Shown here piece after piece: positions 1 through 9,427 of a stretch of 50,105 nt of DNA (position 1 is its first letter; each line of letters opens with the position of its first letter). The notes below the pieces were generated by a model. The model was not told the DNA's origin. It did no database searches and was given only the letters and a program-made list of their open reading frames with translations. A program made the translations under genes and the position numbers. The DNA comes from Phycisphaerales bacterium (GTDB taxonomy: Bacteria > Planctomycetota > Phycisphaerae > Phycisphaerales > SM1A02): assembly GCA_044358545.1 (NCBI GenBank), contig JBIKNS010000001.1, positions 1 to 50,105 of the forward strand. Direction: 5' to 3'.

Positions 1-2433
1 GGCGGATCCCCAGGCGGCAAGCACTACGGTGAGATCAGCGCTGCCGACCTGCGAGTCGCCGTTGATGTCAGCAGGGCAACTCGACGCCTCGCACACGCCG
101 ATGGACACGGCAAAGTCATCGACGCCTGCTTCGAGCAGTCCAGCCGTGCCTGTGTCCTGCGCCACAAAGCGCACTCGGACGCTCGCGCCTGGTGCTGCAA
201 AGTCGGAGATGGACCACTCGGACCTTGTCCACACCCCGGTGTTCGCGGTGACAGTCTCTGCACGCACCCAGGCCCCGTTGTCCACGGAGATCTCCACGGC
301 AAGCAGGTCAGGCTGCGTCGCGGTCGATGTGTAGTACCAGCGCCAGTAGCTCACGACCGCGTCCTGGCCTCCCGTTGTGATGGCGGGCGACGTCAGAGTG
401 GTCGGACCGCCGTCCACGTCGTTGGCGCCTGCAGACTGGCCAGGCAGCGCGATCTGGGTGATCCATGCATTCACGCCCGGCGTCGGCGTGCGGTCGTCAG
501 GGGGCTCGCACACGGCGCCCGCGTTGGTGGTACCGCCCGGATCGCCGCGTTGCCACGCGCCCGCCGTCAGCGCGGGTGCGTTGGTGACTGTCCAGCCGCG
601 ATCGGATTCCATGTCGTCCGCGAAGGTCACGTCGGTGCCTGTCGTGGGTACGAGACTGAAGGCCTGTGCGGGCGCGGCTTCCGGCAGTCGGAACGTCGGG
701 TTCCCAGGAAGGTTCATCTGCGCCTGCAGGTAGTAGCTGAGCGTCTGGCCGCAGGAGACCCCAGGAAGCGTGGCGAGGTACTCGGTCGGGGACGCGCCTT
801 GCGCAAGAGCCGCCTCGACCCATGTGCCGCCGTCAATCCGGTAGACGCACTTTGCGCTGCCCGTAAGCACCGTGCCGCCGGTCGCGACGATCGAAACTGG
901 AAAGGACAGCGACTGGCCGGGCGCAGCAGTCGATGGCGCGCCATCCCGCAAGGTGATGGCCAAGTTCTGCGGCGGCGTGTTGATCCACACCTTGATGCCC
1001 GAGCATCCACCCGTGACCATGTCGGGCCAGCCGTCACCGTTGAGGTCAAGCACTGCGATGTCGTAGAGCGCGGCAAGGTCGGCGAGCGGCAGCACGGAAC
1101 TGGGCTCGGCGAGCAGCGCTCCGGCAACCCCCGTGTTCCGGTAGAAGTGCGTCCGGCGACCCGTGGTAGGGCAGAACGGACCAAGATCCGCGTCGACATC
1201 GCACACGATCACGTCCTTGCGCCCGTCGAGGTCGAGATCCTCGATGATGATGGCGTTGCCGAACTCGTTGAGGCTGTCGTTGATGATTGAGATCGAGAAG
1301 ATCGCCTGACCGGACGCATTGTTTCCGGTGTGAAGCGCGTACCTGTCCTTGCCGTCATCAGCCACCACGAAGTCGAGGCGTCCGTCGCCGTTGATGTCCC
1401 CAGTCGCAAGTCCATAGGGCGCGAGGTTCGGGTAGACGGAGACCGGTCCCGTCCATGATCGGCCCGGTCCGGTGCCGGTATCGCGGTTGTAGATGACGGC
1501 GACATCCTGTCCGCCCGTGAGCGTGTTGACACGCATGACGTCCATCAGTCCATCCTGGTTGAAGTCGCCCGATACGCACGCGTTGCCGAACTCGCTCGCG
1601 AGCTGCGCAGAGGTCATGCTCGTGGTGCCGGTGTCGAAGAAGTGACCCGGTCCAGGCCCGCCGGCGCTGTTCCCGCGGTTGAACAGGAGCCGATTGTTGT
1701 AGTCGTTCGTGGCGTTCTCGCCCGGGGACTGGTTGCACTCCCCGGGGTCAGCCGTCGAGCCATTGCCGTTGAGGTCGATGCAGATGGTTCCGGAGGTTTC
1801 GGGCGTGTCGTAGTCGACGTAGAAGATGTCGACATATCCGTCGCCGTTGTAGTCGCCCACCGCAATCTCGCAGAAACGCGGATTGGCCGCAGTGCCGGAG
1901 TTCGCCACCATCGTCGGGATGCGCGCATCCTCGAACCGGAACCCGCGCCAGTTCCCCCCGTCATCGTCGCCCAAGTTGATGTAGACGCGGGGCTGCCCAA
2001 GCATCGCACTCACGGTGTCGGACATTGTGGTGGCCGTGACAAGATCGAGCCACCCGTCATTGTCAACGTCGACGACCTTCACGTCTCGGGTGTTTGTCGC
2101 GTCAAGCATCCCCAGCGATCCTGCGGCATCGGCGGCCTGCCCGTAGGCCGCAGTCCGGTCCACAAGCACCCCGCCCTCGTTCATGAGCAGGAGCTTGGCG
2201 CGACCCCCCTCGATGGACCCGGGGAACTTGCGCGCGCAGATGACATCGGTGTCGCCGTCGCGGTCAAAGTCGCCGGTCGCGAAATCCTTCTCGAGGTTGT
2301 CGCCCACCACCATGGATGGTGGCGCCACGAGCCGCGAAGCGGTCTGGTTCGAGAAGGTGACCCAAGACTGGGCCATAGCTGTGCCCGTAGCGCATGCGGC
2401 GGCAGCGATCGCGATCGAAAGGTGAATGCGCAT
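1..2433 (-). CDS. Secreted FG-GAP/VCBS-repeat (integrin-like beta-propeller) protein with a C-terminal jelly-roll/lectin-like region and dockerin-like tail. The 3' end is truncated by the window edge.
   Basis: Manual translation of the minus strand from the ATG at 2433, preceded by GAGGAG. It gives MRIHLSIAIAAAACATGTAMAQSW (signal peptide). Repeated Ca-binding FG-GAP cores follow: GDFDRDGDTDV, VDVDNDGWLDLV, GDYNGDGYVDIF, GDFNQDGLMDV, GDINGDGRLDFV, EDLDLDGRKDVI, LDLNGDGWPDMV. The last residues in the window read DINGDSQVGSADLTVVLAAWGS. 2433 nt is exactly 811 codons, and the frame was open wherever I translated. It is absent from the ORF track because there is no stop in the window. No track ORF ends at 2433, which is consistent with this. 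Confidence 0.75.
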   Translation of the reverse strand, partial: MRIHLSIAIAAAACATGTAMAQSWVTFSNQTASRLVAPPSMVVGDNLEKDFATGDFDRDGDTDVICARKFPGSIEGGRAKLLLMNEGGVLVDRTAAYGQAADAAGSLGMLDATNTRDVKVVDVDNDGWLDLVTATTMSDTVSAMLGQPRVYINLGDDDGGNWRGFRFEDARIPTMVANSGTAANPRFCEIAVGDYNGDGYVDIFYVDYDTPETSGTICIDLNGNGSTADPGECNQSPGENATNDYNNRLLFNRGNSAGGPGPGHFFDTGTTSMTSAQLASEFGNACVSGDFNQDGLMDVMRVNTLTGGQDVAVIYNRDTGTGPGRSWTGPVSVYPNLAPYGLATGDINGDGRLDFVVADDGKDRYALHTGNNASGQAIFSISIINDSLNEFGNAIIIEDLDLDGRKDVIVCDVDADLGPFCPTTGRRTHFYRNTGVAGALLAEPSSVLPLADLAALYDIAVLDLNGDGWPDMVTGGCSGIKVWINTPPQNLAITLRDGAPSTAAPGQSLSFPVSIVATGGTVLTGSAKCVYRIDGGTWVEAALAQGASPTEYLATLPGVSCGQTLSYYLQAQMNLPGNPTFRLPEAAPAQAFSLVPTTGTDVTFADDMESDRGWTVTNAPALTAGAWQRGDPGGTTNAGAVCEPPDDRTPTPGVNAWITQIALPGQSAGANDVDGGPTTLTSPAITTGGQDAVVSYWRWYYTSTATQPDLLAVEISVDNGAWVRAETVTANTGVWTRSEWSISDFAAPGASVRVRFVAQDTGTAGLLEAGVDDFAVSIGVCEASSCPADINGDSQVGSADLTVVLAAWGSA

Positions 2434-2441
2434 GAATCTCC

Positions 2442-4115
2442 TCATCGGCAGGGACCCCACGCCGCGAGCACCGCCGTGAGGTCGAGTCCGTCAATCGTTC
2501 CATCCTGGTTCAGGTCCGCAGCGCCCGGGTTGCCCCATCCCGCGAGCACCGCCGACAGGTCAAGCCCATTGACGATGCCGTCCCCGGTCAGGTCGGCGCC
2601 GCATGCCGCGCACGAGTCAGGAAGGCCGTCGCCATCGTTGTCAGGCATGCCACCGACTGCGATGTCGACAAGGTCGTTGACGCCATTTGCGTTGCAGTCC
2701 GTCAGCGTGCCGTCAAACGCGCCCACGAAAGCTGCCACGTCAATGGCATCCACGACGCCGCTCTGGTCAATGTCGGCAATCGCACAGGGCTGGTTCGGGT
2801 TGGTCGCTCCCGCCGCGAGGCACTGCCTCATGAGGGTGAAGTCATCGAGATCCACCCCGTTGTCGCCGTCGAGATCGAACTCGATGCGGCCGAGGGAGTC
2901 GAGGAACGCGATCAGCTGCTGGCGCTCCGTGACACCTAGCGCCGCGAACGCCGCAGCGCTCGATGCGCCCTCGCCAAGCGGTCCGTGGGCAACGATCGCC
3001 TGCGTGACGCGCGCCTCAAACGTCCCGCCCGCGGCCCGGCCGTCATGCAGCATCGGGTCGCGGCGGCGGAGTCCCCAGAGCACGGGAGTCCTCATCTCCG
3101 TCTCCGACGCATCGTCCTGCTGGATCCCATCGCCGAGCAGTCCCATGTCATGGATGAGGAAGTCGGAGTAGGGCCGGAATGTCTTGCCGCGGATCGCATC
3201 CTCAAGCGACGGATCCACGCCCGACGACCACGAGGGCACGTGGCACTTCGCGCAGCCGATCGACGCGAAGACAGCCTCGCCCGCCATCCCGGATCTCGGG
3301 GTTTGCGGCGGTGCCGCGAGGTAACGCTGGAAATGGGTCACACGGTCGATGAATGCAAACCCCTGTTCATCGGCCACATCCTCGATGTCCTCGACAGGGT
3401 CACACTCGGGCAGGCGCGCAGTGTCGTTGTTGGGTGCGTTCTCGTGAGGCTCGAGCCGGTTCGTGAAACCCATCTCGTTGCGCGCCGCGTCCGCAGAGAA
3501 CGTGAGCACTGTCGCGACTTGCGCCTTCCAGCCGAAGCGTCCCGCGCGCGGAGCGCCGCCCGGCGTCTCGAGCGGCACCACCCAGTGCACTCGGCCGCTG
3601 ATGCCATCGCCATTCGCGTCATCGGGATCGGCGTTCGCGGCGATCGCGCTGTCGGGAATCGCCTCAACAAGCCCGAAGGCCATGGAGCTGTTCGTGACGC
3701 GGGACCTCACGACCGTGGCGTCCGCGGGAATCGTCTCCGCGCAACCCTGCGAGACCGACAGCAGCTGGAACAGGGACTGGGACTCGCCCGGATACACCTC
3801 GAACTCGCCTTTGTTGTCGATGCCAAAGTGGGTGACGGCGATCGAGCCCCAACCGCCGGTGGGGTTCGTGTGGCACGAGCTGCAGTTGGACTTGTTCATG
3901 ATGGGACCAAGCCCATCCTGGATCGTCAGTGGTCTCCCAAAGAGTTGGCGTCCAATGGTGAACCGTTCGAGTTCGGTGGCGCTCAGCCCAGGAAGGGGTT
4001 GGCCCATCCGAGGCTGCAGGGGTGGAGTGGCCCGGATCGATTGCGCCAGCGCACACGCCGCAAGTGCGCCAGCTGCCATGCAGAGGTATCGGGACTGCGA
4101 TGGATGCCGAGTCAT
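2442..4115 (-). CDS. Di-haem cytochrome c family protein (DUF1111 / thiol-oxidoreductase-like) fused to C-terminal dockerin/EF-hand-like repeats
   Basis: Track ORF 2442..4292, trimmed to the internal ATG at 4115 (MTRHPSQSRYLCMAAGALAACALAQS, a signal peptide), with AGGAGA about 9 nt upstream. Two CxxCH haem motifs are present (NCSSCHTNPTGGWGS and GCAKCHVP). The C-terminus carries repeated D-x-D/N-x-D-G modules: DLDGDNGVDLDDF, DIDQSGVVDAIDVAAF, DLTGDGIVNGLDLSAVLAGWG, DLNQDGTIDGLDLTAVLAAWGPC. Its stop lies 8 nt upstream of the next gene's start, so the two probably form an operon. Confidence 0.8.
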   Translation of the reverse strand: MTRHPSQSRYLCMAAGALAACALAQSIRATPPLQPRMGQPLPGLSATELERFTIGRQLFGRPLTIQDGLGPIMNKSNCSSCHTNPTGGWGSIAVTHFGIDNKGEFEVYPGESQSLFQLLSVSQGCAETIPADATVVRSRVTNSSMAFGLVEAIPDSAIAANADPDDANGDGISGRVHWVVPLETPGGAPRAGRFGWKAQVATVLTFSADAARNEMGFTNRLEPHENAPNNDTARLPECDPVEDIEDVADEQGFAFIDRVTHFQRYLAAPPQTPRSGMAGEAVFASIGCAKCHVPSWSSGVDPSLEDAIRGKTFRPYSDFLIHDMGLLGDGIQQDDASETEMRTPVLWGLRRRDPMLHDGRAAGGTFEARVTQAIVAHGPLGEGASSAAAFAALGVTERQQLIAFLDSLGRIEFDLDGDNGVDLDDFTLMRQCLAAGATNPNQPCAIADIDQSGVVDAIDVAAFVGAFDGTLTDCNANGVNDLVDIAVGGMPDNDGDGLPDSCAACGADLTGDGIVNGLDLSAVLAGWGNPGAADLNQDGTIDGLDLTAVLAAWGPCR

Positions 4116-4278
4116 CGTGAGCATCTCTCCTGAGTCGCTTCCAACCGACTGGCCGCTCCGCACGACAGGCGAAGTGAAAGCCGCGAATCCGGGGCGTGTG
4201 GTGCCTGCCCGATCCCCGAATGTAGACCATGAACGGGGTTTCGCCCACACAGAGGTCCGGGAATAGGATGCCATCCCG

Positions 4279-6756
4279 ATGTTCCTCGCCATCTGGTCCG
4301 GATTCGTCCACGGCCTGCCGGGAATCGTGCTCGTTGGCGCGGGGGTGTTCCCGGAGGCGTCTTGCGCGGGTTGGATGCCGATTGCCCCTGATCAGCAAGC
4401 GAGATCCGAGGGGGTAACGGTCCCGAACCGCACGACCTCCCCGCCCCAGGTCGTCGAGTCCGCATTCGTCGACCATCCAAGCGTTCCGGTGGTCCAGCGC
4501 CTGTTGCTGTCCTCCCAGTTCGCACAGGCTGAAGTCGTGGCGCGCGCAGCCCTTCGTGAGAAACCCGAATGCGCGCGAGCCTCATTCCTGCTCGGCGTGG
4601 CGGTGCAGAAGCAGAAGCGCTACGCAGAGGCGCGCGACTTGCTGGTTGCGGCACAGGCTTCAGGGCAACCCTTCCCGGAGGCGCGTCAGACGGATCACTT
4701 TCTCGGCTGGGCCAACTACTACCTTGGCGACCTTGCGCTGGCGAAGCGGCACTTCCAGTCGCACGTTGGGGCGATGCCGACGGCCGACGACTCATGGTTT
4801 GGTCTCGGTGTTGTCGCGATCGAGGAGAGCAGGCTGGGCGATGCCGAGGGTGCACTTCAGCGCGCGCTTGACCTTGCGGGCGATGGTGTGCCAGGCCGGC
4901 CCATGCGCGCGAAGACCCTCGTTCGTCTCGGCGATGTGGCGGTGCTCCGTGACCGCTTCGCCGATGCGGTCGACCTTTACGAGGAGGCCGTGTCGCTGCG
5001 GCCTGACCAGCCGGAAGTGTGGACGAAACTGGCCCGTGCCTATGAGCGAACGAACCGGGCAGACGACGCCTCCGCGGCTCGCGCGCGCGCGGATGCGATG
5101 GCGGCCGCGACGCCCTCGACTGCCCCACAGGGTCCCGGTAGCGAGGTGCCGCCTGCACCTGCGGCCGTCTTCCGCCTGCGGGAGGCCACGGCAGCAAGCG
5201 GTATCGACTTCAGCACGACCTCCGGGCAGCTTCCGCCCACGCAGATCATCGAGGTCAAGGGTGGGGGCGTGGCCCTGATCGACTTCGATGGCGATGGAGA
5301 CGAGGACCTTTTCTTCCCCAACGGAGCGACACTCGCGTCGCCCAACCGCGGTCCGGGAGCGCGTCTCTACGAGAATCTTGGCAACCTCACCTTCAGGCGC
5401 ATCGAGCCGGACCCTCCGCTTCACGCATGGGCATTTGGACCCGCAGTCGGCGACTTCGACGCCGACGGTCGCGAGGACATTGTCGTGGCGTGCCACGGAT
5501 CCATTCGACTGCTGCTGAACTCGGGAAAGGGCACATTTGTGGACGCGTCGGACCGGCTGCCCGGCACGGCACAGGACCCTTCGGCATGGAACACGTCCGT
5601 GGCCGCAGGCGATCTTGATGCTGACGGCGACCTCGACCTGTACGTCACGCGGTATCTGCGCATCGACCCGAAGGCACCCCCGGGACCGTCGCTCTTCAAG
5701 GGCGTCGCGGTCATGGCGGGACCGCGTGGACTCGATCCACAGCGGGACGTCCTGCTGCGCAACGCGGGCGGCGGCCGGTTCGAGGACGCCACGACCGCGA
5801 GCGGCGTGGCGGCGCTCCCCGCCGCGTACGGGCTCAACTCTGCGATCGCGGACTTCACGGGCGACGGCAGGCCCGACATCCTTGTGGCCAACGACTCGCA
5901 GCCGGACATGCTGCTGCGCAACCTCGGCGACATGCGCTTCGAGGATGTGGGCCGGACGATGGGAGTTGCGACCAACATGGAGGGCACCGACCAGGCATCG
6001 ATGGGGATTGCGATCGGCGACGTGAACGGCGACGGTCTGCCCGATGCCCACATCAGCGTCTTCTCGAGCGACACCAACACGATGCACGAGTCGCGCGAGG
6101 GCCGGTTCTTTGATGATCGCACTGGCCTTCGTGGCGTCGGCGTGCCAAGCCGCAGGCTCTGCGGGTGGGCCAGCGCCTTCGCGGATCTCGACCATGATGG
6201 CGACGAGGATCTCGTCACCGTCAATGGCCACGTCTATCCGCAGGCGACCTTGGCGCTGATGGACTCGGAGTGGGAGCAGCCCATACTCGTGCTCGAGCGG
6301 CGCGCGGAGCGCTTCGAGCCGGTCGACCCCGATGCGCTCGGTCCAGGCCTCGGTGACCCCCGTCGCGACCGCTCTGCGGTGTTCGCCGACCTCGACCTTG
6401 ACGGGGATCTTGACGCGGTGGTGACCGGGCTGAATCAGCCCGTCCGCGTGATCCGCAATGCGCATGACCTGACCGGCGACTGGATCGCCATCCGCCTCGA
6501 TGACGCGCGTTCCCCAGGAAATCGCGCAGCGCGCGGCGCGCGCATCCAGCTTCAGGGTTCCGGCGTGACCCAGACGAGGTGGCTTGCGGGCGGGGGACCC
6601 TTCCAGTCCAACCGGTCCGTCGAGGCGCACTTCGGCATCGGCGCTGCCCGCGGTCCGTGGACCGTGGACGTCACATGGCCCGATGGTGCGCGCACGACGC
6701 ACGCCGTCGACATGCCCGGGCGCCACACCATCGGCAGGCCTACAGCAGGGGGCTGA
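4279..6756 (+). CDS. TPR + FG-GAP/VCBS + ASPIC/UnbV protein (CRTAC1 family), N-terminal membrane anchor or signal
   Basis: 825-aa ORF. The N-terminus is hydrophobic (FLAIWSGFVHGLPGIVLVGAGVF) and is followed by TPR-like helices. FG-GAP cores: IDFDGDGDEDLFFPNG, GDFDADGREDIVVA, GDLDADGDLDLYVT, ADFTGDGRPDILVAN, GDVNGDGLPDAHIS, ADLDHDGDEDLVTVNGH, ADLDLDGDLDAVV. The C-terminal UnbV/ASPIC-like segment reads ARGARIQLQGSGVTQTRWLAGGGPFQSNRSVEAHFGIG. Confidence 0.8.
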   Translation: MFLAIWSGFVHGLPGIVLVGAGVFPEASCAGWMPIAPDQQARSEGVTVPNRTTSPPQVVESAFVDHPSVPVVQRLLLSSQFAQAEVVARAALREKPECARASFLLGVAVQKQKRYAEARDLLVAAQASGQPFPEARQTDHFLGWANYYLGDLALAKRHFQSHVGAMPTADDSWFGLGVVAIEESRLGDAEGALQRALDLAGDGVPGRPMRAKTLVRLGDVAVLRDRFADAVDLYEEAVSLRPDQPEVWTKLARAYERTNRADDASAARARADAMAAATPSTAPQGPGSEVPPAPAAVFRLREATAASGIDFSTTSGQLPPTQIIEVKGGGVALIDFDGDGDEDLFFPNGATLASPNRGPGARLYENLGNLTFRRIEPDPPLHAWAFGPAVGDFDADGREDIVVACHGSIRLLLNSGKGTFVDASDRLPGTAQDPSAWNTSVAAGDLDADGDLDLYVTRYLRIDPKAPPGPSLFKGVAVMAGPRGLDPQRDVLLRNAGGGRFEDATTASGVAALPAAYGLNSAIADFTGDGRPDILVANDSQPDMLLRNLGDMRFEDVGRTMGVATNMEGTDQASMGIAIGDVNGDGLPDAHISVFSSDTNTMHESREGRFFDDRTGLRGVGVPSRRLCGWASAFADLDHDGDEDLVTVNGHVYPQATLALMDSEWEQPILVLERRAERFEPVDPDALGPGLGDPRRDRSAVFADLDLDGDLDAVVTGLNQPVRVIRNAHDLTGDWIAIRLDDARSPGNRAARGARIQLQGSGVTQTRWLAGGGPFQSNRSVEAHFGIGAARGPWTVDVTWPDGARTTHAVDMPGRHTIGRPTAGG

Positions 6757-8206
6757 ACAGCGCCGCGGTGTACTCCATGAGGCGCCGCGTCACAGGACGG
6801 CGCTCCCACTCCGAGAGGCGCACCGGAGAACTGCGGTCAATGTACGACTGCTGGAGCTGGCGCAGCTCGCGCGCTACCGCATCGTCGTAGAGGATCGCGC
6901 CAGCCTCGAAGTTGATCTCGAAGCTGCGGCGGTCGAGGTTCGCGCTCGTCACGATCGCGCAGCGGCGGTCGATCGTCACGGTCTTCGTGTGCAGGAGCCC
7001 GCCCCTGAACTCGTGCACCCGCACGCCCGCCGCGAGAAGGCGGTGGTAGAGCGCACGGCTGGCGAGCGCCACAAGCTTGCTGTTGTTCCGCCGCGGAAGC
7101 ACCAGGTGCACCTGGGTGCCGCGGCGCGCTGCGACCTCAAGGGTCGACACGAGCGAGGGGTCTGGCACGAAGTAGGGCGTCGTGAGCACGAGCTCCTCCC
7201 GCGCAAGCTGCGATGCCGCGAGCATGATGTCGGTCATCGCGCGGTTCTGGAAGTTCGGTCCCGACGCCACGACTTGGGCCGCAGCGCCGTTGGCGCGCGC
7301 AGGCGGCGACACTGCCGCCGGGTCGAGCATCTCGCCGGAGTCGAGCGCCCAGTCCTCCGCGAAGATGAGCTCCAGCTCGCGCACCACTGGGCCCTCGATG
7401 CGGATCATGCAGTCGACCCACGGCGCGTAGCGCGGCTGGATGGCGAACTCCGGTGCGGCGATGTTCATGCTGCCGATCCAGCCGATCGTGCCGTCGATGA
7501 CAGTGATCTTCCGGTGATTGCGGATATCGGCCCGGTTCAGGAACGCGCGCAGCAGGTGCACGGGCAGCGCGGCCACGACCCGCACCCCGTGGCGGCGCAG
7601 GTCCTCGCAGAGCGGCCCGTCGAGGAAGTCCGACGATCCATGACCGTCGACGAGCACCCTGCACCTGACGCCGCGCGACACCGCGCGCTTGAGCGCGGCG
7701 CCGACCGCCTGCCCCACGCGGTCATCGAGCCAGATGTAGGTGAGCAGGTGCACGTCGTGCGACGCCGCATCGATGTCGGCAATCATGCGTGCCACGATGC
7801 GGTTGGAGTCGCCCTCGACGCGGATGTCGTTGCCGTCCACGGGCCTGCTCTTGCTCGCCTCGGTGGCAAGCGCGCTGATCTGGCGGTCGATCACGTCCAT
7901 CCGCGTGGGCGCGAGACGCCCCTCCGGATCGGCGTGGTTCTCAGGCCTGTCGAGCGCTGCGAGCACCTCTGCATGTCGCTTGCGTCGGCGCAGGCCGAGC
8001 CACGTCTCGCCCAGCAGCAGGTAGGCCAGAATGCCCACGATCGGCAGCGTCAGCAGCAGCACTATCCAAGCCGTGGCGACCTGCGGTCGGTCGCCCTTGC
8101 GGTGCAGCACCCACAGGCACGTCACCACTCGGATGACGACGTCGATGGCTATTGCAAGAACGACCGCCGGCAGTGTGCGTGCGCCGGAGTCGACGAGTTC
8201 AGTCAT
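6740..8206 (-). CDS. cls: Cardiolipin synthase (PLD superfamily)
   Basis: 488 aa. Two N-terminal TM helices. Two HKD motifs: NHRKITVIDGTIGWIGSMNI and LHTKTVTIDRRCAIVTSANLD. The 3' end overlaps the convergent gene 4279..6756 by 17 nt. Confidence 0.9.
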   Translation of the reverse strand: MTELVDSGARTLPAVVLAIAIDVVIRVVTCLWVLHRKGDRPQVATAWIVLLLTLPIVGILAYLLLGETWLGLRRRKRHAEVLAALDRPENHADPEGRLAPTRMDVIDRQISALATEASKSRPVDGNDIRVEGDSNRIVARMIADIDAASHDVHLLTYIWLDDRVGQAVGAALKRAVSRGVRCRVLVDGHGSSDFLDGPLCEDLRRHGVRVVAALPVHLLRAFLNRADIRNHRKITVIDGTIGWIGSMNIAAPEFAIQPRYAPWVDCMIRIEGPVVRELELIFAEDWALDSGEMLDPAAVSPPARANGAAAQVVASGPNFQNRAMTDIMLAASQLAREELVLTTPYFVPDPSLVSTLEVAARRGTQVHLVLPRRNNSKLVALASRALYHRLLAAGVRVHEFRGGLLHTKTVTIDRRCAIVTSANLDRRSFEINFEAGAILYDDAVARELRQLQQSYIDRSSPVRLSEWERRPVTRRLMEYTAALFSPLL

Positions 8207-8234
8207 GCAGATGTCGGGAGTGCCCGCTCCGGCG

Positions 8235-8702
8235 CTACCCGATGATCTCGACCACCGTCAGCCGCCGCTCGCCGCGCGGCAGGTTGACGCGCACGGTCAC
8301 GCCCACGCGCACTTTCATCAGTGCCTCGCCGATGGGGCTGGTGCTCGTCACTTCGCGGTACTCGAAGTCGCCGTCTTCGGAGAGGCTCGACACGAGCTTG
8401 TAGACCTCCTCGGCGCCGCTACCCTCGTCGCGGATCCGGACCATCGCGCCAAGGAAGACCATGTCGGTCGGCATCTCGGACTCGTCCACAACCTTGATGC
8501 GTCCGAGCCTGTCCTCGAGCTCCTTGATCTTCCGGTCGTTGTGGGCCTTGTCCTCGCGGGCGGCGTGATAGTCGGCGTTCTCCTTGAGGTCGCCTTGGGC
8601 CCGGGCTTCGGCAATGCGGTCAACAAGGGAGCGGTCAAGCGCGCGCGCATCCGCGAGCTGCCGCTCGAGCCGTTCCTTGTCCTCTGCCGTGACAAACTCC
8701 AT
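8235..8702 (-). CDS. greA: Transcription elongation factor GreA
   Basis: Track ORF 8235..8927, trimmed to the ATG at 8702 (MEFVTAEDKERLERQL...). It contains GDLKENADYHAAREDKAHNDRKIKELEDRL and a C-terminal FKBP-like domain. At 155 aa the length is typical for GreA. Confidence 0.9.
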   Translation of the reverse strand: MEFVTAEDKERLERQLADARALDRSLVDRIAEARAQGDLKENADYHAAREDKAHNDRKIKELEDRLGRIKVVDESEMPTDMVFLGAMVRIRDEGSGAEEVYKLVSSLSEDGDFEYREVTSTSPIGEALMKVRVGVTVRVNLPRGERRLTVVEIIG

Positions 8703-8710
8703 GAGTGGAT

Positions 8711-9427
8711 CTACCTGCGGACAACGGTATCGGCGCTCGGGGCGCCGTGCAACCTTGGCCGGACCGAGCGGGCGCTCCACGCGACCCCGCCTCCAACGGC
8801 ACCAATCGACGCGACCGTAGCGCCGCCCAAGAGCGCGATCCACGCATCCTTCCACGCGCCCTGCTCGGGGAGCGAGCTCGTGGCGCGCATCGCATCGCCA
8901 ATCGACGGGAACCCGCCCCCGATCCACCGAGGCAGTGCAGCGGCGGCATCAGGCAGTCCTGTCGCCGCAAGCACAGAAGCGGGTCCTGCGGCCACAAGGA
9001 GGCATCCGGCCATCGCGAGACCCCTCGCCACGGCTGATCGCCACGGAAGGCCCAGCATCACGATGCCGCAGCATGCCAGCACATGGGCCACAAGCACCAC
9101 ATCGATGAGCGCCGTCCGCAGCGGACTCCATGTCGTCGCGAGTCGAAGGGGCCAGAGCACGGTCTGCAGAAGCACGACGACAGTCGCGGCGTCGAGGAGC
9201 ATGGAGCGAATCGGTGTGCGCGGGGCGGACTGGCACAGCCTCAGCATGGGCCACGCCACAAGTGCGCCAAGCGCGCAGCAGATGAGCATCGACCGAACGC
9301 CCGGAGTGAGAGCGCCCGCAGAGACCTGAAGCGGCATCCGAAGCCCGAACGACACGAGCCAGCTGGCCGCGATCCACGCCGCAGACAGCAGCACGAGCCC
9401 GCGCGGGGGCTCAACGGGCTCCGACAT
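8711..9427 (-). CDS. Polytopic inner-membrane protein of unknown function, about 6 predicted TM segments
   Basis: Track ORF 8711..9466, with the start moved to the ATG at 9427 (MSEPVEPPRG...). The sequence is strongly hydrophobic (LVLLSAAWIAASWLVSFGL, MLICCALGALVAWPML, VVVLLQTVLWPL, VVLVAHVLACCGIVMLGL, LAMAGCLLVAAGPASVLAA, WIALLGGATVASIGAVGGGVAW). I recognise no family. It overlaps the ftsQ stop by 17 nt. Confidence 0.5.
   Translation of the reverse strand: MSEPVEPPRGLVLLSAAWIAASWLVSFGLRMPLQVSAGALTPGVRSMLICCALGALVAWPMLRLCQSAPRTPIRSMLLDAATVVVLLQTVLWPLRLATTWSPLRTALIDVVLVAHVLACCGIVMLGLPWRSAVARGLAMAGCLLVAAGPASVLAATGLPDAAAALPRWIGGGFPSIGDAMRATSSLPEQGAWKDAWIALLGGATVASIGAVGGGVAWSARSVRPRLHGAPSADTVVRR

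Noticed and set aside
6584-8245. 553-aa plus-strand ORF antisense to cls. Other very long antisense or out-of-frame ORFs fall in the same class: 1642..3171(+), 4792..6726(-), 23730..25235(-), 27890..29083(-), 40166..42274(-), 43981..46278(+), 15790..16875(-).
   Set aside because: Their products are Arg/Pro/Gly/His-rich with no motifs. Each lies exactly opposite, or out of frame to, a gene with clear family signatures. Long stop-free shadow frames are expected at this GC content.
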